Assembly (NCBI GenBank): GCA_016287855.1
Contig: JAEEXS010000005.1
Location: forward strand, 174 to 32,173
Direction: 5' to 3'
Origin: Clostridia bacterium
Lineage (GTDB): Bacteria; Bacillota; Clostridia; TANB77; RGIG9151
Length of the DNA: 32,000 nt
Made by a program: the position numbers and the translations under genes. Positions within the stretch are counted from its first letter, which is position 1; each line of letters starts with the position of its first letter. Below, one piece after another: positions 16,032 through 25,628 of this stretch. The notes below the pieces were generated by a model. That model did not search any database, had not been told where the DNA came from, and saw nothing but the letters and a program-made list of their open reading frames with translations.

Positions 16032-17795
16032 ATGGAAACGATTATAAATAAATTATCTAATGTTTTAGGAGAGGCATTTAAGTCTTGCGGTTATGATGCT
16101 AAGTACGGCAAGGTTACAGTATCTAATCGACCAGATTTATGCCAATTTCAATGTAATGGTGCAATGATTGGGGCTAAGCAATTTCAAAAGGCCCCTTTTG
16201 TTGTTGCAAATGAAGTTGTGAATAGCTTAAATAAAGAAATATTTGAAAAGGTAGAGGTTGTTAACCCTGGCTTTATTAATATAACATTAAAAGACGAATT
16301 TATAGTAAGCTTTATAAAAGAAATGGCAAACGACAAAGACTTAGGCTTAATAAAAATAGCTAATGGCGAAAATGTCGTTATAGACTATGGTGGCCCTAAT
16401 GTTGCTAAACCACTTCATGTTGGCCATTTAAGGTCAGCTATTATTGGAGAAGCTGTAAAAAGATTAACTAGTGCTTTGGGTTATAATGCGATAGGAGATA
16501 TTCATTTAGGCGATTGGGGTCTTCAGATGGGCCTTATTATAACTGAATATGCTGAAAGCCACCCTGATTGCGTGTATTTTAATGACAAATACACTGGAGA
16601 GTATCCTAAACTTGAAATAACGCTAGATGAGTTAAACGAAATATATCCAAAAGCAAGTGCTAGGAGCAAAGTTGATGAAGAATATATGGCAAGAGCCCAA
16701 AAAGCTACTTTTGATTTGCAAAAAGGGAAACCAGGCTATACCGCTTTCTGGAAAGAAATCTTAAAAATTTCCGTTGGTGATTTAAAGAAAAGCTATGAGA
16801 AATTAAATGTAAATTTCGAGTATTGGTATGGAGAAAGTGATAGCGAAAAATATATTCCGGATATGCTAGATAAGTTTATAAAAGATGGTTTTGCTTATGA
16901 AAGTGAAGGGGCCTTGGTTATTGACGTTGAAAAACCGGAAGATAAAGCCCCAATGCCACCAGTTATAGTAAGAAAAAGTAACGGTTCTCAAATCTATGCA
17001 ACTACGGATTTAGCAACAATTGTTCAAAGGGTACAAGATTTTAATCCTAAGATGATGCTATATTTTACAGATAATAGACAAGGTTTACACTTTGAGCAAG
17101 TATTTAGAGCTGCAAGAAAAACAAAAATTGTTTCAGATGACGTTGTACTTGAATGGAATGGCTTTGGCACAATGAATGGAAAAGATGGAAAACCATATAA
17201 AACTAGAGATGGCGGAGTTATGAAACTTCAAGATTTAATAGATACTGTTTGTAGTGCTGCTCTAGAAAAGATGCAAGAGGCAAAAACGGGTTTAGAATTA
17301 TCCGAAGAAGAAAAGAAAGAAACTGCATTAAAAGTAGGAATTGCAGCTCTTAAATTTGGAGATTTAATAAACTTTAGAGCAAAGGACTATATATTTGATT
17401 TAGACAAATTTATGTCTTTTGAAGGAAAAACAGGCCCATATCTTCTTTATACTATGGTAAGGCTAAAATCTATATTGAGAAAAGCCGAAGAAAAAGACTT
17501 TAAAATTGGGGGAATAGGCTTACCTAAGACGGATGTTGAAAGAGACTTAATGTTGAAACTTCTTACAATTAATGAAAGTTTTGTTCAAGCTTTTAACGAT
17601 AAAGCCCCAAGCGTAATCTGTGAAAGTGCTTATCAAATAGCAGCTTTAGCCAATAGATTCTATTATGAAAATAAGATTTTATCTGAAGAAGATGAAGTAA
17701 GACGAGGAAATTTACTTGCTCTTAGCGAGTATGTATTAAAAGTGTTGAAATTACATATGGATGTTTTGGCAATAGATGTGCCAGAAAGGATGTAA
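16032..17795 (+). CDS. argS: arginine--tRNA ligase
   Basis: The HIGH-type motif is GPNVAKPLHVGHLRSAIIG. The protein begins with an Arg-tRNA-synthetase N-domain and ends ..VPERM, as is typical of ArgRS. ATG 16032 (METIINK) lies 5 nt after the serS stop. Confidence 0.93.
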   Translation: METIINKLSNVLGEAFKSCGYDAKYGKVTVSNRPDLCQFQCNGAMIGAKQFQKAPFVVANEVVNSLNKEIFEKVEVVNPGFINITLKDEFIVSFIKEMANDKDLGLIKIANGENVVIDYGGPNVAKPLHVGHLRSAIIGEAVKRLTSALGYNAIGDIHLGDWGLQMGLIITEYAESHPDCVYFNDKYTGEYPKLEITLDELNEIYPKASARSKVDEEYMARAQKATFDLQKGKPGYTAFWKEILKISVGDLKKSYEKLNVNFEYWYGESDSEKYIPDMLDKFIKDGFAYESEGALVIDVEKPEDKAPMPPVIVRKSNGSQIYATTDLATIVQRVQDFNPKMMLYFTDNRQGLHFEQVFRAARKTKIVSDDVVLEWNGFGTMNGKDGKPYKTRDGGVMKLQDLIDTVCSAALEKMQEAKTGLELSEEEKKETALKVGIAALKFGDLINFRAKDYIFDLDKFMSFEGKTGPYLLYTMVRLKSILRKAEEKDFKIGGIGLPKTDVERDLMLKLLTINESFVQAFNDKAPSVICESAYQIAALANRFYYENKILSEEDEVRRGNLLALSEYVLKVLKLHMDVLAIDVPERM

Positions 17796-17810
17796 AAAGG
17801 ATAAAAAATC

Positions 17811-17840
17811 AGACTCGGGGATGTTCTCGAGTCTAATTTT
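17811..17840. terminator. bidirectional terminator between argS and the convergent mazF operon
   Basis: The hairpin is AGACTCG..CGAGTCT, with an A-run upstream and TTTTTTT downstream. Confidence 0.75.
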
Positions 17841-17841
17841 T

Positions 17842-18453
17842 TTATATTCCATATATTATTTTTTCAAAATTTCCTTTTACCATTACTGCACCAGTAACGT
17901 TGGCTTTTATTCCTCTACCGTCAGCTTTTGGAACTATTAGTAGATGGTTATTTACTATAGCTTCGTTATTAGCTAAATCTTTTCCGGCAGTTATGTCTGA
18001 GATACCACCAGAAGAATTTTTATCCGTTACAACAACACTTTTTCCGGAACGAACTATTATTTCAGTACCAGCTTCACATAGTATCATTTCGCCTTCACTT
18101 AAGGTAATTACCTTAAATTCAGTAGGAGCAGATACGCCATTTTCTCTTATTTCTTCTAGGGTATCATCTAATTCTTTTTTAGACTCAGTAAGCTCATTAG
18201 AAAAGGTTTCAGTAGCTGCGTCAAATTTATTTGTGAAATCATCGGCTAAATTGTTAAACTCTAAACCAAAGGCGTTAGTTAATTCTTCTAATAGAGTCTT
18301 TTTCAAAGATTCAATTTTATTTTCAAAGTAGCTTAAGGAAATTAGAGGATCATCACTACTGCCTGGATCGGCAGCTAAAGCCCCTACCGTGAATAAACAA
18401 ATTAGAATTACTACTAAGAAAATAATTCTTTTGTTTTTTAAAAGGTTTATCAT
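17842..18453 (-). CDS. exported protein of unknown function (signal peptide, acidic coiled-coil region, C-terminal beta-rich domain)
   Basis: The signal peptide is MINLLKNKRIIFLVVILICLFTVGALAADP. The AAGGAGAGGG SD abuts the mazF stop codon, with a 15-nt gap between the genes. I found no recognisable catalytic motif. Confidence 0.7.
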   Translation of the reverse strand: MINLLKNKRIIFLVVILICLFTVGALAADPGSSDDPLISLSYFENKIESLKKTLLEELTNAFGLEFNNLADDFTNKFDAATETFSNELTESKKELDDTLEEIRENGVSAPTEFKVITLSEGEMILCEAGTEIIVRSGKSVVVTDKNSSGGISDITAGKDLANNEAIVNNHLLIVPKADGRGIKANVTGAVMVKGNFEKIIYGI

Positions 18454-18468
18454 ATGTACCCTCTCCTT

Positions 18469-18819
18469 TTATTCTTCTTCTAAGCCAAGACTTATTTCAA
18501 TAGCAGCATTAACTTTATCCATAAGATTTTCGTTTAGATGACCAATTCTTTCTTTTAGACGTTTTTTGTCAATAGTTCTAACTTGTTCTAAAAGAATAAC
18601 AGAGTCTTTTGAAAGGCCATAGTCATCAGCATCTATTTCAATATGTGTTGGCATTTTTGCTTTATTTATTTGAGAAGTAATTGCCGCAGCAATTACAGTA
18701 GGACTAAATTTATTCCCTACGTTATTTTGTACTATTAATACCGGTCTAACTCCGCCTTGTTCGGAGCCTACTACCGGACTTAAATCTGCATAGTAAATGT
18801 CTCCTCGTTTTACAATCAC
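18469..18819 (-). CDS. mazF: MazF/EndoA (NdoA)-type mRNA interferase toxin
   Basis: The sequence [79 protein letters not shown] is nearly collinear with B. subtilis EndoA ([31 protein letters not shown]..). I placed the start at GTG 18817-18819, 10 nt after GGAG, which gives the canonical MIVKRGD N-terminus. The track start at 18828 is too close to the SD. Confidence 0.92.
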   Translation of the reverse strand: MIVKRGDIYYADLSPVVGSEQGGVRPVLIVQNNVGNKFSPTVIAAAITSQINKAKMPTHIEIDADDYGLSKDSVILLEQVRTIDKKRLKERIGHLNENLMDKVNAAIEISLGLEEE

Positions 18820-18934
18820 AAAATTCACACTCCGTTAAGAATAATTTGTTTTGGCGGTGAGCTCTTTTAATCGCCATAATGCAATTATTTCCCAAACGGC
18901 AAATAATTATACGAGGTGACCGTTTAATTATTAA

Positions 18935-18956
18935 ATAACAATTTTATAACAATTTT
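18935..18956. repeat. perfect tandem 11-mer x2 (ATAACAATTTT) in the mazF upstream region
   Basis: The two copies, 18935-18945 and 18946-18956, are identical. On the minus strand the repeat follows a candidate promoter, TTGACT (rc of 18981-18986) then 18 nt then TAAAAT (rc of 18957-18962, abutting the repeat), so it is positioned like an operator. Confidence 0.6.
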
Positions 18957-19038
18957 ATTTTAACATATTAAATAACACACAGTCAATTCTAGTGACATAT
19001 ATTAAAAAATATTTCAATAGAGTTTAGGAAGTCTTACA

Positions 19039-19581
19039 TTAGGCAATAGAAGTAAACTCACTATATATTATGTTTACTTTTATATTTCCGTTCTTATCAA
19101 AATATGTAAGACTATATGGTTTATTATTTTCAAACTGTAATTTTGCAGAATATAGATAAACGTTGTTGTTGGGTAAAATAAGCTCTATTGAATCTTCAGT
19201 AGACTTTACATTATCTGAATTTTCTAAATTAAAGTATGTGTTTATAAAATATGATAAAAAGAGAGGATTCTTGTTTATTTCTAAATACTCTTTTAATTCT
19301 ATAGGCAAGTTTGCAATTTTAGAGCCAATATTTAAGTTAGAATCTTTATAGTCGATTTTTAAGTTTTCGTTATCTAAAAATTCCATAGAATATATACCTT
19401 CAGAAGAGTATGTTTGATGAGCTATATACTCATTCGAATTCTTATTTGAAAAATAGGATATCTTAAGTTCGCAATTGTAATTTTTTATTGATAGAAGCAG
19501 CTTGTGAGGATTTTTAGAAGCAGAATTATTAGAACAAGCAGTAAGAGATAATAAAAGCAAAATACAAACAAATTTTTTCAT
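19039..19581 (-). CDS. lipoprotein of unknown function (possibly LolA/GerS-like fold; guess)
   Basis: The lipobox is MKKFVCILLLLSLTAC-SNN. ATG 19581 is 7 nt after AAGGAG, whereas the track start at 19587 is 1 nt after it. The mature part is beta-rich and Asn/Tyr-rich. Confidence 0.78.
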   Translation of the reverse strand: MKKFVCILLLLSLTACSNNSASKNPHKLLLSIKNYNCELKISYFSNKNSNEYIAHQTYSSEGIYSMEFLDNENLKIDYKDSNLNIGSKIANLPIELKEYLEINKNPLFLSYFINTYFNLENSDNVKSTEDSIELILPNNNVYLYSAKLQFENNKPYSLTYFDKNGNIKVNIIYSEFTSIA

Positions 19582-19712
19582 AGGCATTCTCCTTTTTTAA
19601 AAACATATTCTTTTAAAATAAAAAAATATTACTATAAATTTTATTATAAAAATATTTATACATATAAATGGTGAAAAAAGCATGCACTTTCAAAAATCTT
19701 GTACTAATTTAC

Positions 19713-19742
19713 TTGACATATTTTTTATTTTAATGTTACAAT
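19713..19742 (+). promoter_or_regulatory. sigma-A promoter with extended -10, upstream of rny
   Basis: TTGACA (19713-19718), an 18-nt spacer and TGtTACAAT (19734-19742). This predicts a leader of about 220 nt before the rny ATG. Confidence 0.5.
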
Positions 19743-19968
19743 GAATAAGTAAAAAAGTAAGTTATCAAATTGAACTTTTTGCGATTAAAATCGCTCACGG
19801 ATATATAATTTAATAACTTTGGGGGATTTTTAAATTCCTCTTATGGAATGTATATAAAATACGATATATGTTTTGTAAGAGAAATTCGCAAGGCGATATT
19901 TGAAATGATATTTTCGAGGATAAATGCTTTATTTGTACTTTGAAAATTAAAGATTAGGAGGTAGTAAG

Positions 19969-21510
19969 ATGGAATTAGAGGTTATAGTTCCTATCTGCCT
20001 TATTGTTTTTGTAGTTGGAATTGCGATTGGATTTTTTATTCGCAAAATGATTTCTGAAGCTAAAATTGGATCTGCTAAAAAAGAAGCAGAATCGATTATT
20101 GAAGAAGCAAAAAAGACAGTTGAAAATGAAAAAAGAGAAATGTTACTTCAAGCTAAAGAGGAAATTCATAAAAATAGGGTAGAGTTGGAGAGAGAAATTA
20201 AAGAACGAAGAAATGAAATGCAAAGATTAGAAAGAAGAGTTTTACAAAAAGAAGAAGGCTTAGATAAAAAATCTGAAGCTTTAGAACAAAAGGAGGAAAC
20301 GTTATCTAAAAAGACAAAAGAAGCTCAAGAAGCAAAAGAAAAGTTTGAGGAGTCGTTAAAACAACAACAACTTGAACTTGAAAAAATTGCTGGAATGACT
20401 GCTGAAGAAGCAAAACAGATGTTGATTAAGAACATCGAACATGAAGTTAAGTTAGAAACTGCTCTTATGATTAAGAATATGGAGCAAAATGCAAAAGAAG
20501 ATGCTAATAAAAAGGCTAAGAGTATTATAGCTACTGCTATTCAAAAATGCGCAGCTGACCAAGTTGCGGAACATACTGTTTCTGTCGTATCTTTACCAAA
20601 TGATGAAATGAAAGGTAGAATTATTGGTAGAGAAGGTAGAAATATTAAGACGTTAGAAACACTTACAGGTATTGACTTGATTATAGACGATACCCCTGAG
20701 GCTGTTATCTTATCTGGATTTGATCCAGTAAGAAGAGAAGTCGCTAGAATAGCGCTTGAAAAGTTAATATTAGATGGTAGAATTCACCCTACACGTATTG
20801 AGGAAATGGTAGAAAAAGCTCAAGCTGAAGTTGAAGAAACTATGCGTGAAGCTGGTGAAGAAGCTTGTTATAGTGTAAATGTTCATAATTTACACCCTGA
20901 TCTTGTTAGATTATTAGGAAAATTAAAATATAGAACGAGTTATGGTCAAAATGTTTTGATCCATTCTATCGAAGTTGCTCATATTGCTGGACTTATGGCT
21001 TCAGAGTTGGGCGTTGATGTAGATATGGCTAAACGTGCTGGCTTACTTCATGATATTGGTAAAGCTATTGACCAAGAGATGGAGGGATCTCACGTTCAGA
21101 TAGGTGTAGACTTACTTAAGAAATATAAAGAGTGCCCTGAAATATTAAATGCGGTAGAAGCTCACCATGAAGATGTTGAACCAGAATCTATTACTGCTAT
21201 TTTAATTCAGGCCGCTGATTCTATTTCGGCAGCTCGTCCTGGTGCTAGAAAAGAAACATTAGAAGCATATATTAAGAGAATAGAGAAACTTGAGGAAATA
21301 ACAAATTCGTTTAAGGGTGTTGATAGATCTTTCGCTATTCAAGCAGGACGTGAAGTCAGAATTATTGTTAATCCGGAAGATATTTCTGATGCAGAAATGA
21401 CATTACTTGCTAGAGATATTGCTAAGAAGATTGAAAGTGATGTAAGTTATCCTGGTCAGATTAAGGTTAATATAGTTAGAGAAACACGTGCAATTGATTA
21501 TGCTAAGTAA
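19969..21510 (+). CDS. rny: ribonuclease Y
   Basis: The protein has an N-terminal TM helix, a long Lys/Glu coiled coil, the KH motif [15 protein letters not shown], and an HD domain ([21 protein letters not shown]). The SD is AGGAGG. Confidence 0.96.
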   Translation: MELEVIVPICLIVFVVGIAIGFFIRKMISEAKIGSAKKEAESIIEEAKKTVENEKREMLLQAKEEIHKNRVELEREIKERRNEMQRLERRVLQKEEGLDKKSEALEQKEETLSKKTKEAQEAKEKFEESLKQQQLELEKIAGMTAEEAKQMLIKNIEHEVKLETALMIKNMEQNAKEDANKKAKSIIATAIQKCAADQVAEHTVSVVSLPNDEMKGRIIGREGRNIKTLETLTGIDLIIDDTPEAVILSGFDPVRREVARIALEKLILDGRIHPTRIEEMVEKAQAEVEETMREAGEEACYSVNVHNLHPDLVRLLGKLKYRTSYGQNVLIHSIEVAHIAGLMASELGVDVDMAKRAGLLHDIGKAIDQEMEGSHVQIGVDLLKKYKECPEILNAVEAHHEDVEPESITAILIQAADSISAARPGARKETLEAYIKRIEKLEEITNSFKGVDRSFAIQAGREVRIIVNPEDISDAEMTLLARDIAKKIESDVSYPGQIKVNIVRETRAIDYAK

Positions 21511-21520
21511 AAAATAAAAT

Positions 21521-21548
21521 AGTAGGTAGAATATACCTACTATTTTTA
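21521..21548 (+). terminator. Rho-independent terminator of rny
   Basis: The hairpin is AGTAGGTA gaata TACCTACT, followed by ATTTTTAT. Confidence 0.85.
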
Positions 21549-21613
21549 TGTGTTTGATTTTAAATTTGTTAGATGGTAAAATATAAATGTAGTGTTTTAT
21601 AGGAGGGGAAATA

Positions 21614-22603
21614 ATGGAGTCAATAAAATGTCCAGGCTGTGGTGCGACGTTAACATATAATTTGGAAGATGAAGAATTAAAATGTGATTATTGTGGGAAT
21701 ATTTGTATAATTAGGGAAGATCAAATAACGGATGCTGAGTATATAAAAAATAGGCTTATGGATGTTCACGCAACTAATTGCCCTGGATGTGGGGCAAGAC
21801 TCATGACCAATATAAATACTACTTCATCTAGTTGTGCATATTGTGGTAGCTCTATTATTTATGATGAAAAAGTTAATAAAGTTTTTAAGCCTAAAAAGAT
21901 TATATTGTTTGAAATAGGATTAGATGAGGTTAAAGAAAGAGTAAAAAAATATTTTGACGGTTCAGATTTTGCAAGCAAAAATGACATTCTTAGTATACTA
22001 AAACCGATTTATTTACCATATTGGCTATATAGATGTACTTATCAATCAGAAGATCAAAAAGTGGAATGTAATGATATTTTAGCAGATGCCTCATCAAAAA
22101 TAGACGATAGCTTGGCAGATAAAATTGACAAAAGTTTTGATTTGTCCAAACTTCAAGATTTTGATATTTCTAATATCACTGGTTTTTATGCCGAAGAATA
22201 TGATGTTACATTTAAAGGAATGAATAGAAGAATTAATAAAAAGATTGAAGAAAAGGTAGGAACACCAGTTGATGATAACTGTATTAGTAATGCAAAATCT
22301 ATGTATATACAATTGCCAGTTTATTATGGAGAAATTAATGGTTTAAAAATTTTAGTAAATGGACAAAATGGCACTATTGCCATAAATTCTGAGCAGTATT
22401 TGAAAACTGCAGAGCAGATAAGAAAGGATTTAAAAATACAAAAAATAAAAGAAAAGTTTAATCCTGAAGTTATAAAAAATCTATTAAAGTGCTTGATTGC
22501 ATTTATTATATTAGGAGTTATAGTTTATTTATGGTGCAAGGATGTAGGGGTAGGAGAAGTAATAGTTGATATACTTTGGAGATGCATCTGGAAGAGTTTA
22601 TAA
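21614..22603 (+). CDS. double zinc-ribbon protein with a C-terminal transmembrane anchor, function unknown
   Basis: There are two CPGCG..(C)xYCG ribbons: CPGCGATL..CDYCGN and CPGCGARL..CAYCGS. The C-terminal hydrophobic helix is LLKCLIAFIILGVIVYLW. The SD is AGGAGGGG. Confidence 0.72.
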   Translation: MESIKCPGCGATLTYNLEDEELKCDYCGNICIIREDQITDAEYIKNRLMDVHATNCPGCGARLMTNINTTSSSCAYCGSSIIYDEKVNKVFKPKKIILFEIGLDEVKERVKKYFDGSDFASKNDILSILKPIYLPYWLYRCTYQSEDQKVECNDILADASSKIDDSLADKIDKSFDLSKLQDFDISNITGFYAEEYDVTFKGMNRRINKKIEEKVGTPVDDNCISNAKSMYIQLPVYYGEINGLKILVNGQNGTIAINSEQYLKTAEQIRKDLKIQKIKEKFNPEVIKNLLKCLIAFIILGVIVYLWCKDVGVGEVIVDILWRCIWKSL

Positions 22604-22659
22604 ACACTTAAGGTCTATATTGTATAAATTTTATAGTATTATAAAAAATAAACTGTTTT

Positions 22660-22686
22660 AGGATATCGTTTTGATATCCTTTTTTA
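22660..22686 (+). terminator. Rho-independent terminator
   Basis: The hairpin is AGGATATC gtttt GATATCCT, followed by TTTTTTATT. Confidence 0.85.
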
Positions 22687-22715
22687 TTGCTATACATTTC
22701 TTTTTATGATAAAAT
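22687..22715 (+). promoter_or_regulatory. sigma-A promoter with extended -10 for tRNA-Arg (and probably pth-ung-eno)
   Basis: TTGCTA (22687-22692), a 17-nt spacer and TGaTAAAAT (22707-22715), ending 8 nt before the tRNA 5' end. Confidence 0.55.
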
Positions 22716-22723
22716 AAATTGAT

Positions 22724-22798
22724 GCTTTGGTGGCCTAACGGATAAGGTAACAGATTCCGATTCTGTTGATGCGGGTTCGACTCCCGCCCGAAGTGCCA
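22724..22798 (+). tRNA. tRNA-Arg (anticodon CCG)
   Basis: The sequence is GCTTTGGTGGCCTAACGGATAAGGTAACAGATTCCGATTCTGTTGATGCGGGTTCGACTCCCGCCCGAAGTGCCA. The anticodon stem is ACAGA/TCTGT with loop TTCCGAT, and the T arm is GCGGG TTCGACT CCCGC. The acceptor stem has two G-U pairs. Confidence 0.82.
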
Positions 22799-22813
22799 AA
22801 AGGAGTGAGAGTT

Positions 22814-23371
22814 TTGTACATAATTATAGGTCTTGGAAATCCAGGAAAAGAATATGAAAAAACCAGGCATAATACTGGTTTTGTTACTATAGATAAATTG
22901 GCAGATAAATATAATATAGATATTTCAAAAGAGAAGCATAAAGCACTTATTGGAACTGGAAATATAGAGGGACAAAAAGTAGTCTTAGTAAAACCTCAAA
23001 CTTATATGAATTTAAGTGGCGAAGCAGCACGTTTAGTATTAGATTTTTATAAAGAAGATGTAAAGAATGTTATTGCAATTTTTGACGATTTAGATTTGCC
23101 AGTTGGGACTATAAGGATAAAAGAAAGAGGCTCGGCTGGGACCCATAATGGCGTTAAATCCTTAGTTAAAGAGTTGGGCTCAGAACAATTTAAGAGAGTA
23201 AAAGTAGGAATTGGAAATGAAGAAGCTAAAGGAGATTTAATAAATTTTGTTTTGGGAAGATTTTCTAATGAAGAGTTAATTGAGATAGAAAAAAGCACGG
23301 ATAAAGCGGTAGATGCAGTAATTACTTTAGTAAAGGACGGAATAGTAAAGGCTATGAATGACTATAATTAG
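22814..23371 (+). CDS. pth: aminoacyl-tRNA (peptidyl-tRNA) hydrolase
   Basis: The sequence (M)YIIIGLGNPGKEYEKTRHNTGF..VKPQTYMNLSGE..DDLDLPVGTIRIKERGSAGTHNGVKS is characteristic. TTG 22814 is 8 nt after AAAGGAG. The track start at 22766 lies inside the tRNA-Arg gene. Confidence 0.92.
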   Translation: MYIIIGLGNPGKEYEKTRHNTGFVTIDKLADKYNIDISKEKHKALIGTGNIEGQKVVLVKPQTYMNLSGEAARLVLDFYKEDVKNVIAIFDDLDLPVGTIRIKERGSAGTHNGVKSLVKELGSEQFKRVKVGIGNEEAKGDLINFVLGRFSNEELIEIEKSTDKAVDAVITLVKDGIVKAMNDYN

Positions 23372-23381
23372 GAGGACTACT

Positions 23382-24080
23382 ATGGTTAATTTAGGCAATT
23401 CGTGGGACGAGATATTAAAAGATGAATTTGAAAAAGATTACTATAAAAAAATAAGAAAATTTTTAGTTTATGAATATAATCATTATAAAATTTACCCAGA
23501 TATGTATGATATCTTTAATGCTTTGAAAATGTGCGATTATAACGATATAAAAGTTGTAATAATTGGTCAAGACCCATATCACGAAGAAGGTCAAGCTCAT
23601 GGGCTTTGTTTTTCTGTTAAAAAAGGAATAAAAACTCCGCCGTCTTTAGTTAATATTTATAAAGAGCTTCAAGATGATTTAGGTTGCTATATTCCAGACA
23701 ACGGCTTTTTAGAAAAATGGGCAAAGCAGGGAGTATTACTGCTAAATAATGTTTTAACAGTACGGCAGGGTCTTGCTAATTCTCATAAAACTTGTGGTTG
23801 GGAAACGTTTACAGATAGAGTAATAGAGGAACTTAATAAAAGAGAAAAACCTATAGTTTTCATGTTTTGGGGTGCTAATGCTAAAAAGAAAGAACTTTTA
23901 GTTACTAATCCTAATCACTATATATTAAAAGCAGCTCATCCAAGCCCGTTATCTGCTTTTAATGGCTTCTTTGGTTGTAAACATTTTTCAAAAGCAAATG
24001 AATTTTTAAAGAAAAACGGTATGGAGCCAATAGACTGGCAAATTGAAAATATTGGTATTGACTATAAAGTTCAAAAGTAG
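23382..24080 (+). CDS. ung: uracil-DNA glycosylase
   Basis: The motifs are VVIIGQDPYH, LLLNNVLTV and AAHPSPLSA. ATG 23382 is 6 nt after AGGAGG. Confidence 0.94.
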   Translation: MVNLGNSWDEILKDEFEKDYYKKIRKFLVYEYNHYKIYPDMYDIFNALKMCDYNDIKVVIIGQDPYHEEGQAHGLCFSVKKGIKTPPSLVNIYKELQDDLGCYIPDNGFLEKWAKQGVLLLNNVLTVRQGLANSHKTCGWETFTDRVIEELNKREKPIVFMFWGANAKKKELLVTNPNHYILKAAHPSPLSAFNGFFGCKHFSKANEFLKKNGMEPIDWQIENIGIDYKVQK

Positions 24081-24113
24081 TAATAATAATATGTAATTAT
24101 TATTTTTTAATAG

Positions 24114-25442
<1,329 letters not shown>

Positions 25443-25463
25443 GAAAATTAAATAGGCTAACTT

Positions 25464-25592
25464 AAAAATGTAAATATACGTTTTCCTGCTTAGGTAGGTC
25501 CTCGATAAAATTTTTCAAAGAAAAATATTTGAAAATTTTATCTGTGGAACTCGCTCCTTAAACGTATATTTACATTTTTTAAATATACGTTT
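25464..25592 (+). other. nested inverted repeat / structured eno 3' element, including probable terminator(s)
   Basis: The outer arms, 25464-25483 (AAAAATGTAAATATACGTTT) and 25560-25579, are perfect 20-nt complements. The inner hairpin 25504-25519 / 25528-25542 has about 15 bp with one bulge. The segments 25484-25503 and 25543-25559 between them are not complementary. A third element at 25580-25592 (TAAATATACGTTT) can pair with 25560-25572 instead. T-runs follow both alternatives. Confidence 0.6.
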
Positions 25593-25599
25593 AATTTTC

Positions 25600-25628
25600 T
25601 TGTTTTTTGTAAATTATTTTAATATAAT
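25600..25628 (+). promoter_or_regulatory. sigma-A promoter for the cdd-like/decarboxylase-subunit operon
   Basis: TTGTTT (25600-25605), a 17-nt spacer and TATAAT (25623-25628). Confidence 0.5.

Noticed and set aside
17900-18331. Track ORF of 143 aa on the plus strand, antisense to 17842..18453.
   Set aside because: It has no SD and a Ser/Leu/Phe-rich mirror composition typical of a shadow ORF. The minus-strand partner has an SD and a signal peptide and fits the operon and terminator layout.
18829-19038. A MazE/RHH antitoxin ORF upstream of mazF.
   Set aside because: Three-frame translation of the minus strand shows stops throughout. The longest non-overlapping open stretch is 24 codons. The only ATG ORF lacks an SD, overlaps mazF out of frame and is Arg/Cys-rich rather than RHH/AbrB-like. 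The absence is reported as a finding instead.
22658-22870. Track ORF of 70 aa (minus strand), and the 5' extension (22766-22813) of the pth ORF.
   Set aside because: Both overlap the tRNA-Arg(CCG) gene at 22724-22798. The pth SD and TTG start at 22814 lie downstream of the tRNA.
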